A DNA stretch of 64,000 nucleotides, taken from positions 11,671 through 75,670 of the forward strand of contig CALRFU010000005.1 in assembly GCA_943356775.1 (NCBI GenBank), read 5' to 3'. Made by a program: the position numbers and the translations under genes. Below the pieces are notes generated by a model. It searched no databases, was not told the origin of the DNA, and was given only the letters and a program-made list of their open reading frames with translations. Below, piece after piece: positions 38,361 through 47,122 of the stretch. The first letter of the stretch is position 1, and each line of letters opens with the position of its first letter. Source of the stretch: Candidatus Nomurabacteria bacterium. GTDB taxonomy: Bacteria > Patescibacteriota > Minisyncoccia > Phycocordibacterales > UBA2100.

Positions 38361-39875
38361 CTAGTTGCGGTTGATGACGATGCGGGGAGCATCACCTTCT
38401 TTTGAGATCTCAACCGTCATCGAGTCCGTTGTCTGCTTTGCCGTCGGTGCGACCGGAAGGTTTTCCATCACATCGACAGGGCTTGGCGTCATCGTCTCGA
38501 CAGGAGCTTCGACAACATCGAGCTTCGACTCTTCCGGGATGCGCACGGTCTCGTACGCGTCGGATTGGTGAGAGCTTTTTGCTGAGTTTGCGAAGGCGAG
38601 AACCTGGGTCTTACCTGCCGCGCTGAAGAGTGTACCCGGCACGTAGTAGACCGCGAGGTAGGCACCGGCGACTGCGAAGGAGATGATCGAGAGCCAGTAG
38701 AGCGCGTTGCCCAAGAGCCCCGCGTCGAATCCGGTGTAAGGAATCTGAGAGAGCGAGATGTACGAACCCTGAACCGTCACGTACGCGTTGCAGGTATTCG
38801 TGCCGCCGTATCCGGAGACCGTGAGTGTATAGGTCTTGGATACGTTCGGACGAACTGCGAGCGAACCGTTGACCGCGACCGCACCGATGCCATCAGAGAG
38901 CCATGCGCTTGTCGCACCGCTGGAAGACCATGAGAGGTACGCAGCTTGACCGTTGGCAATCGAACCTTGGGTCGCCGTGATGACACAGTAGGCGTTGGTG
39001 GTCGGGTAGATTGGGTACGTAGGATACGTTGGGTAAATTGGGTAAATTGGGTAGACCGGCTGTTGTGGGTAGACGTACTGTACTGGGTACGTGACCGGAG
39101 TCTGAGCGACGGGGATGACCGATACCGTGTTCACATTCGTGTTGACGTTGTTGTTCGTGTTCACGATGTTAATCGGTGTCGAGCTTTGCTGTTGCTGCTG
39201 TTGCTGGACCGGGCGCTGAGGCTGAGAAGCCGGGTACGAAGGAGCGTACGAGGTGCTCGGAGCGCGACCGAACGAAGGCATTGAGAATCCCCCGCCGGAG
39301 CTAGAGCCGCCGGTAGAACCGTATCCTGTCGAGCCGTAGCCTGAATAATAACCAGTTGCGTATTTGTTGTAGGAGTATCCGACGCCATATTGTTTGATTA
39401 CGTCAGTACCATACACATCGGTACCGAACGTGGTACCGCCCCAGGAGTCAGTGCCGAGGGTCGTTCCGCCCCATGCGTCGCTGCCGAGTGTGGTACCGCC
39501 CCAGGAGTCAGTGCCGAGGGTCGTTCCGCCCCAGCCGTCGTTGTAGGTGGTACCGCCCCATGCGTCGCTACCGTAAGTAGTGTCACCCCAACCGTCGCTG
39601 TAGGTAGTATCACCCCATCCGTCGTTGTAAGTAGTGTCACCCCAACCGTCGCTGTAGGTGGTATCACCCCATCCGTCGTTGTAAGTAGTGTCACCCCAAC
39701 CGTCGCTGTAGGTGGTGTCCCCCCAGGAGTCGCTACCCCACGTAGTGTCGCCCCAGCCGTCGTCGGAATCGGCGTGTACGGCGCTCGGGGCAATAAACCC
39801 AGAAGCGATAGTGATTGCGCAGAGAAGCGCGATGACCACAAAGAACTTGCTTGATTTGCTGTTTGCGAACGTCAT
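38361..39875 (-). CDS. Secreted repeat protein with an Ig-like domain and IPYTG sortase-type motif
   Basis: Signal peptide ending AVHA; 12 x D-x-WG[DG]TT; YP repeats; LSWSS.GA..A Ig/PKD-like domain; IPYTG followed by a TM helix. Confidence 0.8.
   Translation of the reverse strand: MTFANSKSSKFFVVIALLCAITIASGFIAPSAVHADSDDGWGDTTWGSDSWGDTTYSDGWGDTTYNDGWGDTTYSDGWGDTTYNDGWGDTTYSDGWGDTTYGSDAWGGTTYNDGWGGTTLGTDSWGGTTLGSDAWGGTTLGTDSWGGTTFGTDVYGTDVIKQYGVGYSYNKYATGYYSGYGSTGYGSTGGSSSGGGFSMPSFGRAPSTSYAPSYPASQPQRPVQQQQQQQSSTPINIVNTNNNVNTNVNTVSVIPVAQTPVTYPVQYVYPQQPVYPIYPIYPTYPTYPIYPTTNAYCVITATQGSIANGQAAYLSWSSSGATSAWLSDGIGAVAVNGSLAVRPNVSKTYTLTVSGYGGTNTCNAYVTVQGSYISLSQIPYTGFDAGLLGNALYWLSIISFAVAGAYLAVYYVPGTLFSAAGKTQVLAFANSAKSSHQSDAYETVRIPEESKLDVVEAPVETMTPSPVDVMENLPVAPTAKQTTDSMTVEISKEGDAPRIVINRN
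39410..39765 (-). repeat. Coding tandem repeats (27/30-bp units)
   Basis: DGWGDTTY[SN] and G[ST]D[AS]WGGTT[LYF] units. Confidence 0.9.
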
Positions 39876-40072
39876 ACGATTATTTTTTATCTTTTAGTAA
39901 CGATGAATACTATTAATAACTTTTTCTAGGCACTCGGCTCAGCCGAGCGTTGCGACCCGATGAAAGCATGAATCGCTTGATTAGTCAAGTACTCATGCTC
40001 CATGAATCTGATTTTAGAGTGTGGGCGCCGCGAAACTGTCGCAGCGCCCAATACTCGTCTTCGTTGAATCTA

Positions 40073-40369
40073 CTACTTCTTTCCCGTGGCCGCGTCGATG
40101 CAGCCGCGGGCGATTTTCTCAGCGTGCGCCCAGTCCTTGTCAGCCTGGATGCGCGCCTTCCACTGGACGCCGTGCCTGTTGTAGGCGGCGTCGTGTACCA
40201 CCCGGAAATCTTCGGTGGGACGCAGATGGAACTGCTTCCCATCAATGATGCGAAAGGCGCCCTTCTGGACGCACGCCGCAATCTTCGGTCCGATGATGTC
40301 GGCAGCGAAAGTCGGGGCGGCAGTGGCGATGACGGCAACGGTGGCGAGAGCGGGGAGGATGCGGATCAT
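40073..40369 (-). CDS. Small secreted hypothetical protein
   Basis: SD AGGAG; signal peptide MIRILPALATVAVIATAAPTFAA; two Cys. Confidence 0.6.
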   Translation of the reverse strand: MIRILPALATVAVIATAAPTFAADIIGPKIAACVQKGAFRIIDGKQFHLRPTEDFRVVHDAAYNRHGVQWKARIQADKDWAHAEKIARGCIDAATGKK

Positions 40370-40615
40370 GAAAGTCTCCTGTTGAAGCTCCGTAATGAAT
40401 GCGGGACGGAGCACCCGAAAAACGTCCAAATAAGGCGCTTTTCGGATGCTCCGACCCTACCCCTGCATCACCTTGCGAATAGTCTATGAAGACGAGTTGT
40501 GAAAGAGCTTCAACGAATCCAGCAGACATTATATACGATGAATCTGCACTTGTCAAGTACCCTCATATGCCCAAGACATGGTCCTGATTTCGTCCCTAAA
40601 TGGTACTATTCCGCA

Positions 40616-41561
40616 ATGGAAGGAGGTATGGATAGACGTGATTTTCTCAAGCTGACAGGCGGTGTACTCGCCGGAGCCTTGGGTAGCACACTTCGCTCTC
40701 GAGCATTTTTTCCATGACACACCAACCCCTGAAGCGGCGCAAGAGAAGCTCCAGCGCTCCTCCACGATGACCATTCCCGATGCGGCAGAGCTGCTGAAAC
40801 TGCGAGAGCGGAGTGTATACCCGGAAGGCGGGCGAAATGTAAGCGCTATCGATACACTGGCGCTTCAGATACCCGAAGGCAAGTACGGTTTGTATATGGA
40901 TGGCGACAGCCAGAGACTCTATCTGCTTGGGAATCGCGGCGGAGCCGTGGAATTCGTTGCTTCCTTTCTCACTTCGACGTCAGCACAAGAATGGAGCAAC
41001 AAGCCGCAGTCGGGTGGTACTCCGCTTGGAATGCATCGCATGGTTGCCTATCAGAAAGGCAAGCTCGGGCAGGTTCTTTCGAAAACAGACGAGGCAACAA
41101 ACAAATTCCCCCGGGTACCGATAAAGTCAGGCGGTAAAAATACGCAAGAACCTTTTGTCCGCTCTCTCAATCAGGCCGTTGACCCTGCGGCCATCATTAC
41201 GGATGCATTCGCATTGTGGGGGCCGTCTACTCCCCTGAGCAGAGGTGTCTTCATTCATGGAACGAATCGCGAAGACACGCTCGGCGCACGATACAGCGGC
41301 GGATGTGTGAGGATGACCAGCGTGGATGCGCATGTACTTGCGGGCACCGATGAACGGGGCGTCCCGTATATCGAGGTAGGCGCGTTGGACAAAAAAGGTA
41401 AAACCGCGCGAGGCGGTTCACCGGTGATGATTCATGTCTATCCAAGTGAAAAGTCCCGCAAAGCTCCTTCACTAAAACCTGCATGGGAAGCCAACCCGTC
41501 GCGTAACGATACAGTGAGACCGGACGGACTAACGCCAGGGCTTAAAGATGTTACGAAATAA
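40616..41561 (+). pseudogene. L,D-transpeptidase (YkuD-like) with RRDFLK N-terminus, split by a +1 frameshift
   Basis: N-terminus MEGGMDRRDFLKLTGG ends at TGA 40717; catalytic part (TPLG, FIHGT..E..LG...SGGCVRM) is in the next frame. Confidence 0.65.
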
Positions 41562-41585
41562 CAGTGAGTCTGAATATAAAAAGTT

Positions 41586-41619
41586 CAACCCCGGCTGCGC
41601 AGATGCGCAGCCGGGGTTG
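41586..41619. terminator. Hairpin between convergent genes
   Basis: CAACCCCGGCTGCGCA-ga-TGCGCAGCCGGGGTTG. Confidence 0.65.
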
Positions 41620-41666
41620 TGGTTGTAGTCGAGAAGTGAACATGGATCCCACAGAGCGAGGTGTCA

Positions 41667-42413
41667 CTACCTGGTGACGTCTCGCCATTCAGGACCCAGA
41701 GGCAGCGGAGGATTGATGTCCGTCGTCCAGCCGGAGCCATACGAACCGAGCATGGTAGAGCCCGGGCCGGTATTCACCGGCAACCTGTCGCCGAACAACA
41801 GGAGCAGCAACGTAATCATGCCAACAATGGCGAAGGCGATAAGCACCGCCGTGCCCAAGCCAACCGGAGCCGCAATCGGTACCGCAATCGGTGCGGGACC
41901 GAGAGCCGGCGGAACAATCGGAGCAACAGGCGCAACAGCCGGAGGCGGCGCAATCGAGCGCTGCGTCTGGATGTATTGCCATGCAGCCTTGTGCTTGTGC
42001 CCCTGCAAGAAGCCGACGTCAATCCACGAGAAGATGACGAGACCGAACAGCACCCAGTACGAATTCGGCACAGCGGCCAAACTCGTAATCGGCGTGAAGC
42101 CTTGCACGATTCCCGCGATGCCAAGCACAACCCACACCCCGACGAGATTGAAGGAGAACCAAGCAATCCAGGACGGAACGTAGTCGATCCAATACAGAGC
42201 CGGCGCCCTGCCGGCATCGCCCTGACCCAAGAGGCCGGAGAAGATATTGAACAGGACGTAGCCGATGTAGATGGCCGACGCATACATTACGAAGGCGGTG
42301 AGGGCTAGTCCGATCGGATTGGCCCGCAAAGCCTCAATGTAGTTGACAGGAGCGATCGCGGCAGCAGCGAGAGCTGCGGCGGCAGCGATGATGGTGACGA
42401 TAGTCTTTAGCAT
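41667..42413 (-). CDS. Multi-pass membrane protein with Pro-rich linker
   Basis: Several hydrophobic helices; APPPAVAPVAPIVPP; SD GAGG. Confidence 0.6.
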   Translation of the reverse strand: MLKTIVTIIAAAAALAAAAIAPVNYIEALRANPIGLALTAFVMYASAIYIGYVLFNIFSGLLGQGDAGRAPALYWIDYVPSWIAWFSFNLVGVWVVLGIAGIVQGFTPITSLAAVPNSYWVLFGLVIFSWIDVGFLQGHKHKAAWQYIQTQRSIAPPPAVAPVAPIVPPALGPAPIAVPIAAPVGLGTAVLIAFAIVGMITLLLLLFGDRLPVNTGPGSTMLGSYGSGWTTDINPPLPLGPEWRDVTR

Positions 42414-42477
42414 GACACTTCCTCTAGATTCAGGTTCGGTCTGCGTTGCAGACACTGGTTGCGTATGATTTGCGGGA

Positions 42478-42807
42478 TTAGCTACGGTGGCTTGAGCGCC
42501 GCCGAAGAAACCTCGCAAAGATTGCTAGAAGCACCAAGGTAATCTTGGTGACGAAGGCTATCGTTCCGACCAAGAGCGCGACGCCCCCACCGTTCGAGAC
42601 CATGAACGCTTCGAGATGATCGCCGAAGACCGGCACCAACCCCATAAGCCACGCAAGCGGTTCCCCGACCCACTGTTGATTGAATTTCAACGTGGCCGTG
42701 AACTTTTTCGGGTACATCCCGAAAAGAATTGCTACCGCCGACAGTCCGATGAGGATGCTGGTCGAAGACAGCAGGCCCCACAGGAGCCCTCTTTTGACCA
42801 AGCCCAT
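42478..42807 (-). CDS. Membrane hypothetical protein
   Basis: Hydrophobic helices with a basic tail; SD GAGG. Confidence 0.55.
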   Translation of the reverse strand: MGLVKRGLLWGLLSSTSILIGLSAVAILFGMYPKKFTATLKFNQQWVGEPLAWLMGLVPVFGDHLEAFMVSNGGGVALLVGTIAFVTKITLVLLAIFARFLRRRSSHRS

Positions 42808-42975
42808 GTAAGACCTCTCTACCAAATTGTGAAGACCAAGCTGCCAAGCGGAATGCCGACAGCAGCTATTATTATATCATTTTGATTGTTATTGTCAATA
42901 GTACCAAAGAAAACAGCGCGCAGGTCCCGGAGGATTGCTGCGCGCCGTATTTCGACGTTTGCCGCTGATACTGAA

Positions 42976-43314
42976 TCAGCAAGCGTAAGTGCCGATGACT
43001 CTTTTCGGACCAACTCCGCCGGGTTGAACCCACCGGACACATGTGCGGCTCTCCAGGTAGATGAAGGGCTCCACGACGACGACACTCTGACGACCGCCGC
43101 TGCGCCAATGACCGGCGTTGCCATGGCCATACTGGTTGCGGTCAACGTAGGTATCGGGGCGACTTCCCCACCGGGGTTCGCCGGGGCGGAAAATCGCATC
43201 CCGCCCGCATTCGCCACCCTGGTGGATGCCGCACCCAGCCAAAGCCGGAACGGGGGCAAGCGAGAAGGCAGTTGCGATTGCGAGACCGGCGAGTGAAAGA
43301 ACGAACTGGCGCAT
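42976..43314 (-). CDS. Small secreted Cys/Gly-rich protein
   Basis: Signal peptide MRQFVLSLAGLAIATAFSLAPVPALA; SD GGGAG. Confidence 0.55.
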   Translation of the reverse strand: MRQFVLSLAGLAIATAFSLAPVPALAGCGIHQGGECGRDAIFRPGEPRWGSRPDTYVDRNQYGHGNAGHWRSGGRQSVVVVEPFIYLESRTCVRWVQPGGVGPKRVIGTYAC

Positions 43315-43487
43315 TGGTTTTCTCCCTGTGCGCTGCCGCAAACTCCCCATCGGAGTTTGAACGGCATATTTGAATGATACATCAAAAATAGATAAAAGTC
43401 AAGTCCCCCATTGTCTTTATTGTTAGCCATATAAAACGAAAACGGCGGGTGTGGAACCCGCCGTTCATGATTCACGTCCCGAGCCAT

Positions 43488-43928
43488 TCAGGACTGCTGC
43501 TGGACGATAGGCTTCTGGGCAGCGTTGTTGATGGCAAACGCCCCGGACAGTACCGCATCGAGGAGCGCCGCGAGCCACGGCAGAACGAACCACCACTCGA
43601 GACTGCCACTCGCGACAAGCCGTCCATGCCATTCTGTGAGCGCTACGGCCATGACGAGGCTGACGAAGTCGTCCCACTGCAGGTGCCCCACCGAGGTCTT
43701 ACGGTCGACTACGGTATAGGTCTCTGCAGCGAGCCAAACCAGAATGAATCCGGTTGAGATCGCGAGCGCGAGCCACAGTCCGTTGTTGTCCGGCATCGCA
43801 ACCGGAACCTGCAACACCGGAATAAGCGCACCCACTCCCATCATGGCGAGCGGGAACACCGGACGGACGATGCCGATAACCCGGAATGTCTTTCGACATC
43901 CCTTCTTAAAGCCTTCGAAACTAGCCAT
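43488..43928 (-). CDS. Four-TM membrane protein
   Basis: Hydrophobic helices; downstream hairpin 43441-43466 with T-run. Confidence 0.6.
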   Translation of the reverse strand: MASFEGFKKGCRKTFRVIGIVRPVFPLAMMGVGALIPVLQVPVAMPDNNGLWLALAISTGFILVWLAAETYTVVDRKTSVGHLQWDDFVSLVMAVALTEWHGRLVASGSLEWWFVLPWLAALLDAVLSGAFAINNAAQKPIVQQQS

Positions 43929-44031
43929 TGTTTGATCCCTTTTGAGAACAACCCGTATGAGCACCACGCTCTGGGGCGTCTGACATGAGTACCACGTACT
44001 CAGAAAAATTCAAACCTTTTCCGAAAGCCTG

Positions 44032-44544
44032 TTATTTTGCGAATGTGACCGCGTGGGCTATCTCTATCACGTGTGCGACTTCAACAGGACGGGCTATGGA
44101 GACGGGACGAGCGATTGAGACCGGCCGTGCGATGTCTACCGCGTGACCAACCTCCACTGCCCTACCGACGCTCACGAGTGCAAAAAGCTTGCCCGGTCCG
44201 TAGAGATCGACGGCGCGGGCGATATCGACAACGTGCGCGATGTCTACCGCGTGTGCAACTTCAACGGGATGCGCGACATGTACCGGATAGCCGATACCAA
44301 TAGGATAGCCGATTGAGACGGGACGGGCGACGCTCACGCCATACCCCACATTCACTCCTCGTGCGACCGTGACGCCGTAGCCGACACCGATGGGATACCC
44401 GACAGTTGCAGGACGCGCGACTAATGCGGGACGCGCCACCGAGGCCGGGTATGCCACTGGCTCATACACATACACTGCAGCATAGGTGTAGGGACCGAAG
44501 CTTGCTCCGAACATAACCAAAAAGGTAACGAGTGTTTTTTTCAT
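44032..44544 (-). CDS. Secreted hexapeptide-repeat protein
   Basis: Signal peptide then [VI][AG][RHY][PAG]V[STDE] repeats. Confidence 0.75.
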   Translation of the reverse strand: MKKTLVTFLVMFGASFGPYTYAAVYVYEPVAYPASVARPALVARPATVGYPIGVGYGVTVARGVNVGYGVSVARPVSIGYPIGIGYPVHVAHPVEVAHAVDIAHVVDIARAVDLYGPGKLFALVSVGRAVEVGHAVDIARPVSIARPVSIARPVEVAHVIEIAHAVTFAK

Positions 44545-44550
44545 AGTTTA

Positions 44551-45219
44551 TTATGAGCGCGGCACGATGCCGACGAAGTCGGCTTCGACGATAAAGCGTG
44601 CACTTTTGCCTGTAAGGACATCGCAGGTCGTGAGGGTAAGCTTGGTGCCCTGGGTCGGTGAGATGTCGATGGTGGCGTCCTGCACATCCGCTTTGCGGAC
44701 AGATGTAACCGAGTAGAGATATTCAACACCGCCGCCTAGGACGGAGATAGAATCGCCCGGCTTCAATTTTGAGATATTATTGAACGCCTTAAACATTTGA
44801 TTGCGGACAACAGCGTAGTTGGACGAGTGCGCGAAGATAAGCATGTTGCCAGGGTTCCCAAGCTTCGCCGAGTCGACGTAGCGTGCGGGACCTTTGAGAA
44901 TAGCGGCATCAAGAACCGCGAGGTCACGCGTATCAGGGTTTTGGACGACGACATCGAGACCGATAGCGGCGCTCCGGATGCGCTCGGGGAGAACTCCTTG
45001 TGGTAGTGCGGGAGATTCAGCCAACTGCGGCAAGTCCGAAAGCCTGACCTGTCCGGTGAGCGATTTATCCTGAGCAAAGTCGAAGGAAGTTGAACCATCG
45101 ATGTAGCTGGGGACAAAACCGACCGAATCAGCGGCGCTTACGGTACAGAAGAAAACCAGCACAACCGCGGCAAAAAAGACGCGTTTAGGCGGTTTTTGAG
45201 AGCTTTTAGGTGTATTCAT
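44551..45219 (-). CDS. Sortase
   Basis: N...FAHS, F.NI..LKPGD.I, LTLTTCD...ARFIV (His/Cys/Arg triad). Confidence 0.92.
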   Translation of the reverse strand: MNTPKSSQKPPKRVFFAAVVLVFFCTVSAADSVGFVPSYIDGSTSFDFAQDKSLTGQVRLSDLPQLAESPALPQGVLPERIRSAAIGLDVVVQNPDTRDLAVLDAAILKGPARYVDSAKLGNPGNMLIFAHSSNYAVVRNQMFKAFNNISKLKPGDSISVLGGGVEYLYSVTSVRKADVQDATIDISPTQGTKLTLTTCDVLTGKSARFIVEADFVGIVPRS

Positions 45220-45331
45220 ATAGCTCGTAGGAATCTGAATAATACACTATAAATTGCTCTCTGTCAAGACACCTCCTTCTCCCCAAGAAGGGATTGACAA
45301 GGGTGCATATATATGGAAATATATTGAAACT

Positions 45332-46327
45332 ATGGCAGACGCCTTAAATACGGATCCCAAGCATTCGGCATACGTACACACTCACGGCGAGCCGAAGGCG
45401 AGCCTCGTCTCCAACGCGCTCGCAATCGTGGGCTTCATCATCGTTATCGTTATCGTGCTCTGGGGACTCTTCCATATCGCAACTCTCGGCATGCCGTGGT
45501 TCTCTTCCCTTTTCGGAGGAGGATCGCAGACCATTACCGTCGAGGCACCTGAAAACGTAACCTCGGGCACCGCATTCGCAATAACGTGGAAGTACAGCAC
45601 CTCCGAGCAAGGCACGTACGCATTTTTGTATCAGTGCAAAGACGTGCTCCACTTTCAGACCGCGGGCGCGGGCGGCACACTGGATACCGTCCCGTGTGGC
45701 GCGGCCTTCACCGTCGCGACGGCCAACAATAGTCTCATGGTAACTCCGCAGCTCTCGGGCACCACCTCGACGAGCGTCCCCCTCACCATTGTCTTTATCC
45801 CGAGCGCGACCACATCTCCGCAAGTACAAGGAAACGCCACGGTCACCGTGAATCCTATCGCCGCCGCAACTCCGGCGGTCGTGCGGCCTGCAACAACGAC
45901 CCCCTCGGTGGTAACACCCGTGATTCCGATAGCACCAGTTGCGACAGGTCCGACCGACCTCTCGGTACAGATACTCTCCGTCGTTCCGGATGGTTCAGGG
46001 GGAGCCATCGCGACATTCGATATCGGCAACGAAGGACTGAGCTCGACGAGTGTCTACTCCTTCACAGCACAATTGCCGACAGCGACGGGATATCTCTATC
46101 AATCACCTTCCCAAAGCTCACTTGCTCCGGGTGACCACATCGTCAACACGCTCCGCTTCTCGCAAGCGGTATCAGGCATCTTCAGCGTCGTCGTTGACCC
46201 TACGAATTCAAAAAACGAATTGAGCGCCGCCAACAACTACGCCTCTCAGCAAATCTCGATGCCATACGTGCAGCAGACCTACCAAACCTATCCGCAGCAA
46301 TATTCACCGTACCCGTACGTGTACTAA
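45332..46327 (+). CDS. Membrane-anchored protein with CARDB-like Ig domain
   Basis: N-terminal TM; DLSV, IGNEG, LAPG, VDPTN...E....NN; Tyr/Pro/Gln tail. Confidence 0.75.
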   Translation: MADALNTDPKHSAYVHTHGEPKASLVSNALAIVGFIIVIVIVLWGLFHIATLGMPWFSSLFGGGSQTITVEAPENVTSGTAFAITWKYSTSEQGTYAFLYQCKDVLHFQTAGAGGTLDTVPCGAAFTVATANNSLMVTPQLSGTTSTSVPLTIVFIPSATTSPQVQGNATVTVNPIAAATPAVVRPATTTPSVVTPVIPIAPVATGPTDLSVQILSVVPDGSGGAIATFDIGNEGLSSTSVYSFTAQLPTATGYLYQSPSQSSLAPGDHIVNTLRFSQAVSGIFSVVVDPTNSKNELSAANNYASQQISMPYVQQTYQTYPQQYSPYPYVY

Positions 46328-46426
46328 TCTGTGGTGAATTGCAAAACGAAACTAGCCGCCACAGTATGCGGCTCTTTACTTTTGTTTCTTTTGTATTTTG
46401 TATAAATCCTTTCCCACATTTCTTAC

Positions 46427-46464
46427 CTATACTATCTTTACGCTATAGCGTAGATATAGTATAG
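46427..46464. repeat. 38-bp palindrome, 3' flank of wHTH-Cas2-like gene B
   Basis: CTATACTAT-ctt-TACGCTATAGCGTA-gat-ATAGTATAG. Confidence 0.9.
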
Positions 46465-46469
46465 ATGCC

Positions 46470-47045
46470 TTAAGTGGACTTTTTGAAACCAAATTCTCTC
46501 CTGAGCCTTGCGTCCCCCTCAAGTTCATCAACTATCATGTAGATTACGTCTTTCCCGATTTTGAAGTCAGCCTTTAAAAGAGTTATCAGATCTTCACAGT
46601 CGTATGGGTACACCCACACGCTGTCCTGAAGTCTTACGAACCCGATATGCATAAGTGTGCGGCGGATTTTGTCTCGAACTGCCTTTCGGTATTCAGGCAC
46701 ATCGAAGATGAGGACTCGCCACCTACCATCCCAGCGAGAAGGCTTTTTTATTGAGTATTGCGACTCGAGGATTGCTAAAACCGATGAACCTTTATTGGTC
46801 AATTGGAGTTTTCCATCTTTTTTCGAAAGGAGTCCTTTTTCCAATAGTAGTCGTCGTGCCCGCCCAATGGTGCTTCTACTCTGAAGCGCATTCGGTAGGA
46901 GCCCCATTTTTTGAAGTGCTTGGGGTACGTTTGGAGCCATCACAGTAATACCGACAAGTGCTGATGTTTTTGCAAGAGTTAGAATTGCATATTTAAAATC
47001 CCGCCTTCGCTTCCTTTTTCTTCCAGATTCTTCGATGACACCCAT
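46470..47045 (-). CDS. PaaX-like wHTH plus Cas2/VapD-like domain protein (paralog B)
   Basis: LQLTNKG, WDGRWRVLIFDVPE, GFVRLQDSVWVYPYDCE. Confidence 0.8.
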   Translation of the reverse strand: MGVIEESGRKRKRRRDFKYAILTLAKTSALVGITVMAPNVPQALQKMGLLPNALQSRSTIGRARRLLLEKGLLSKKDGKLQLTNKGSSVLAILESQYSIKKPSRWDGRWRVLIFDVPEYRKAVRDKIRRTLMHIGFVRLQDSVWVYPYDCEDLITLLKADFKIGKDVIYMIVDELEGDARLRREFGFKKST

Positions 47046-47081
47046 ATACTATATCTACGCTATAGCGTAATTATAGTATAC
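47044..47081. repeat. 38-bp palindrome, 5' flank of wHTH-Cas2-like gene B
   Basis: ATATACTAT-atc-TACGCTATAGCGTA-att-ATAGTATAC; overlaps the start codon by 2 nt. Confidence 0.9.
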
Positions 47082-47122
47082 CTTTCTTCAGGATTGATTG
47101 CCCCAGGAATTCCACACCTGGA

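Noticed and set aside
39410-39765. Tandem repeats as a CRISPR array or RiPP precursor
   Set aside because: Units are in-frame multiples of 3 with no unique spacers, lie inside a secreted protein, and no modifying enzymes are nearby
741-47045. CRISPR-Cas system suggested by two Cas2-like genes and a Cas4-like nuclease
   Set aside because: No cas1 or effector gene and no repeat-spacer array; the genes are dispersed; the nuclease lacks the Cas4 four-Cys cluster
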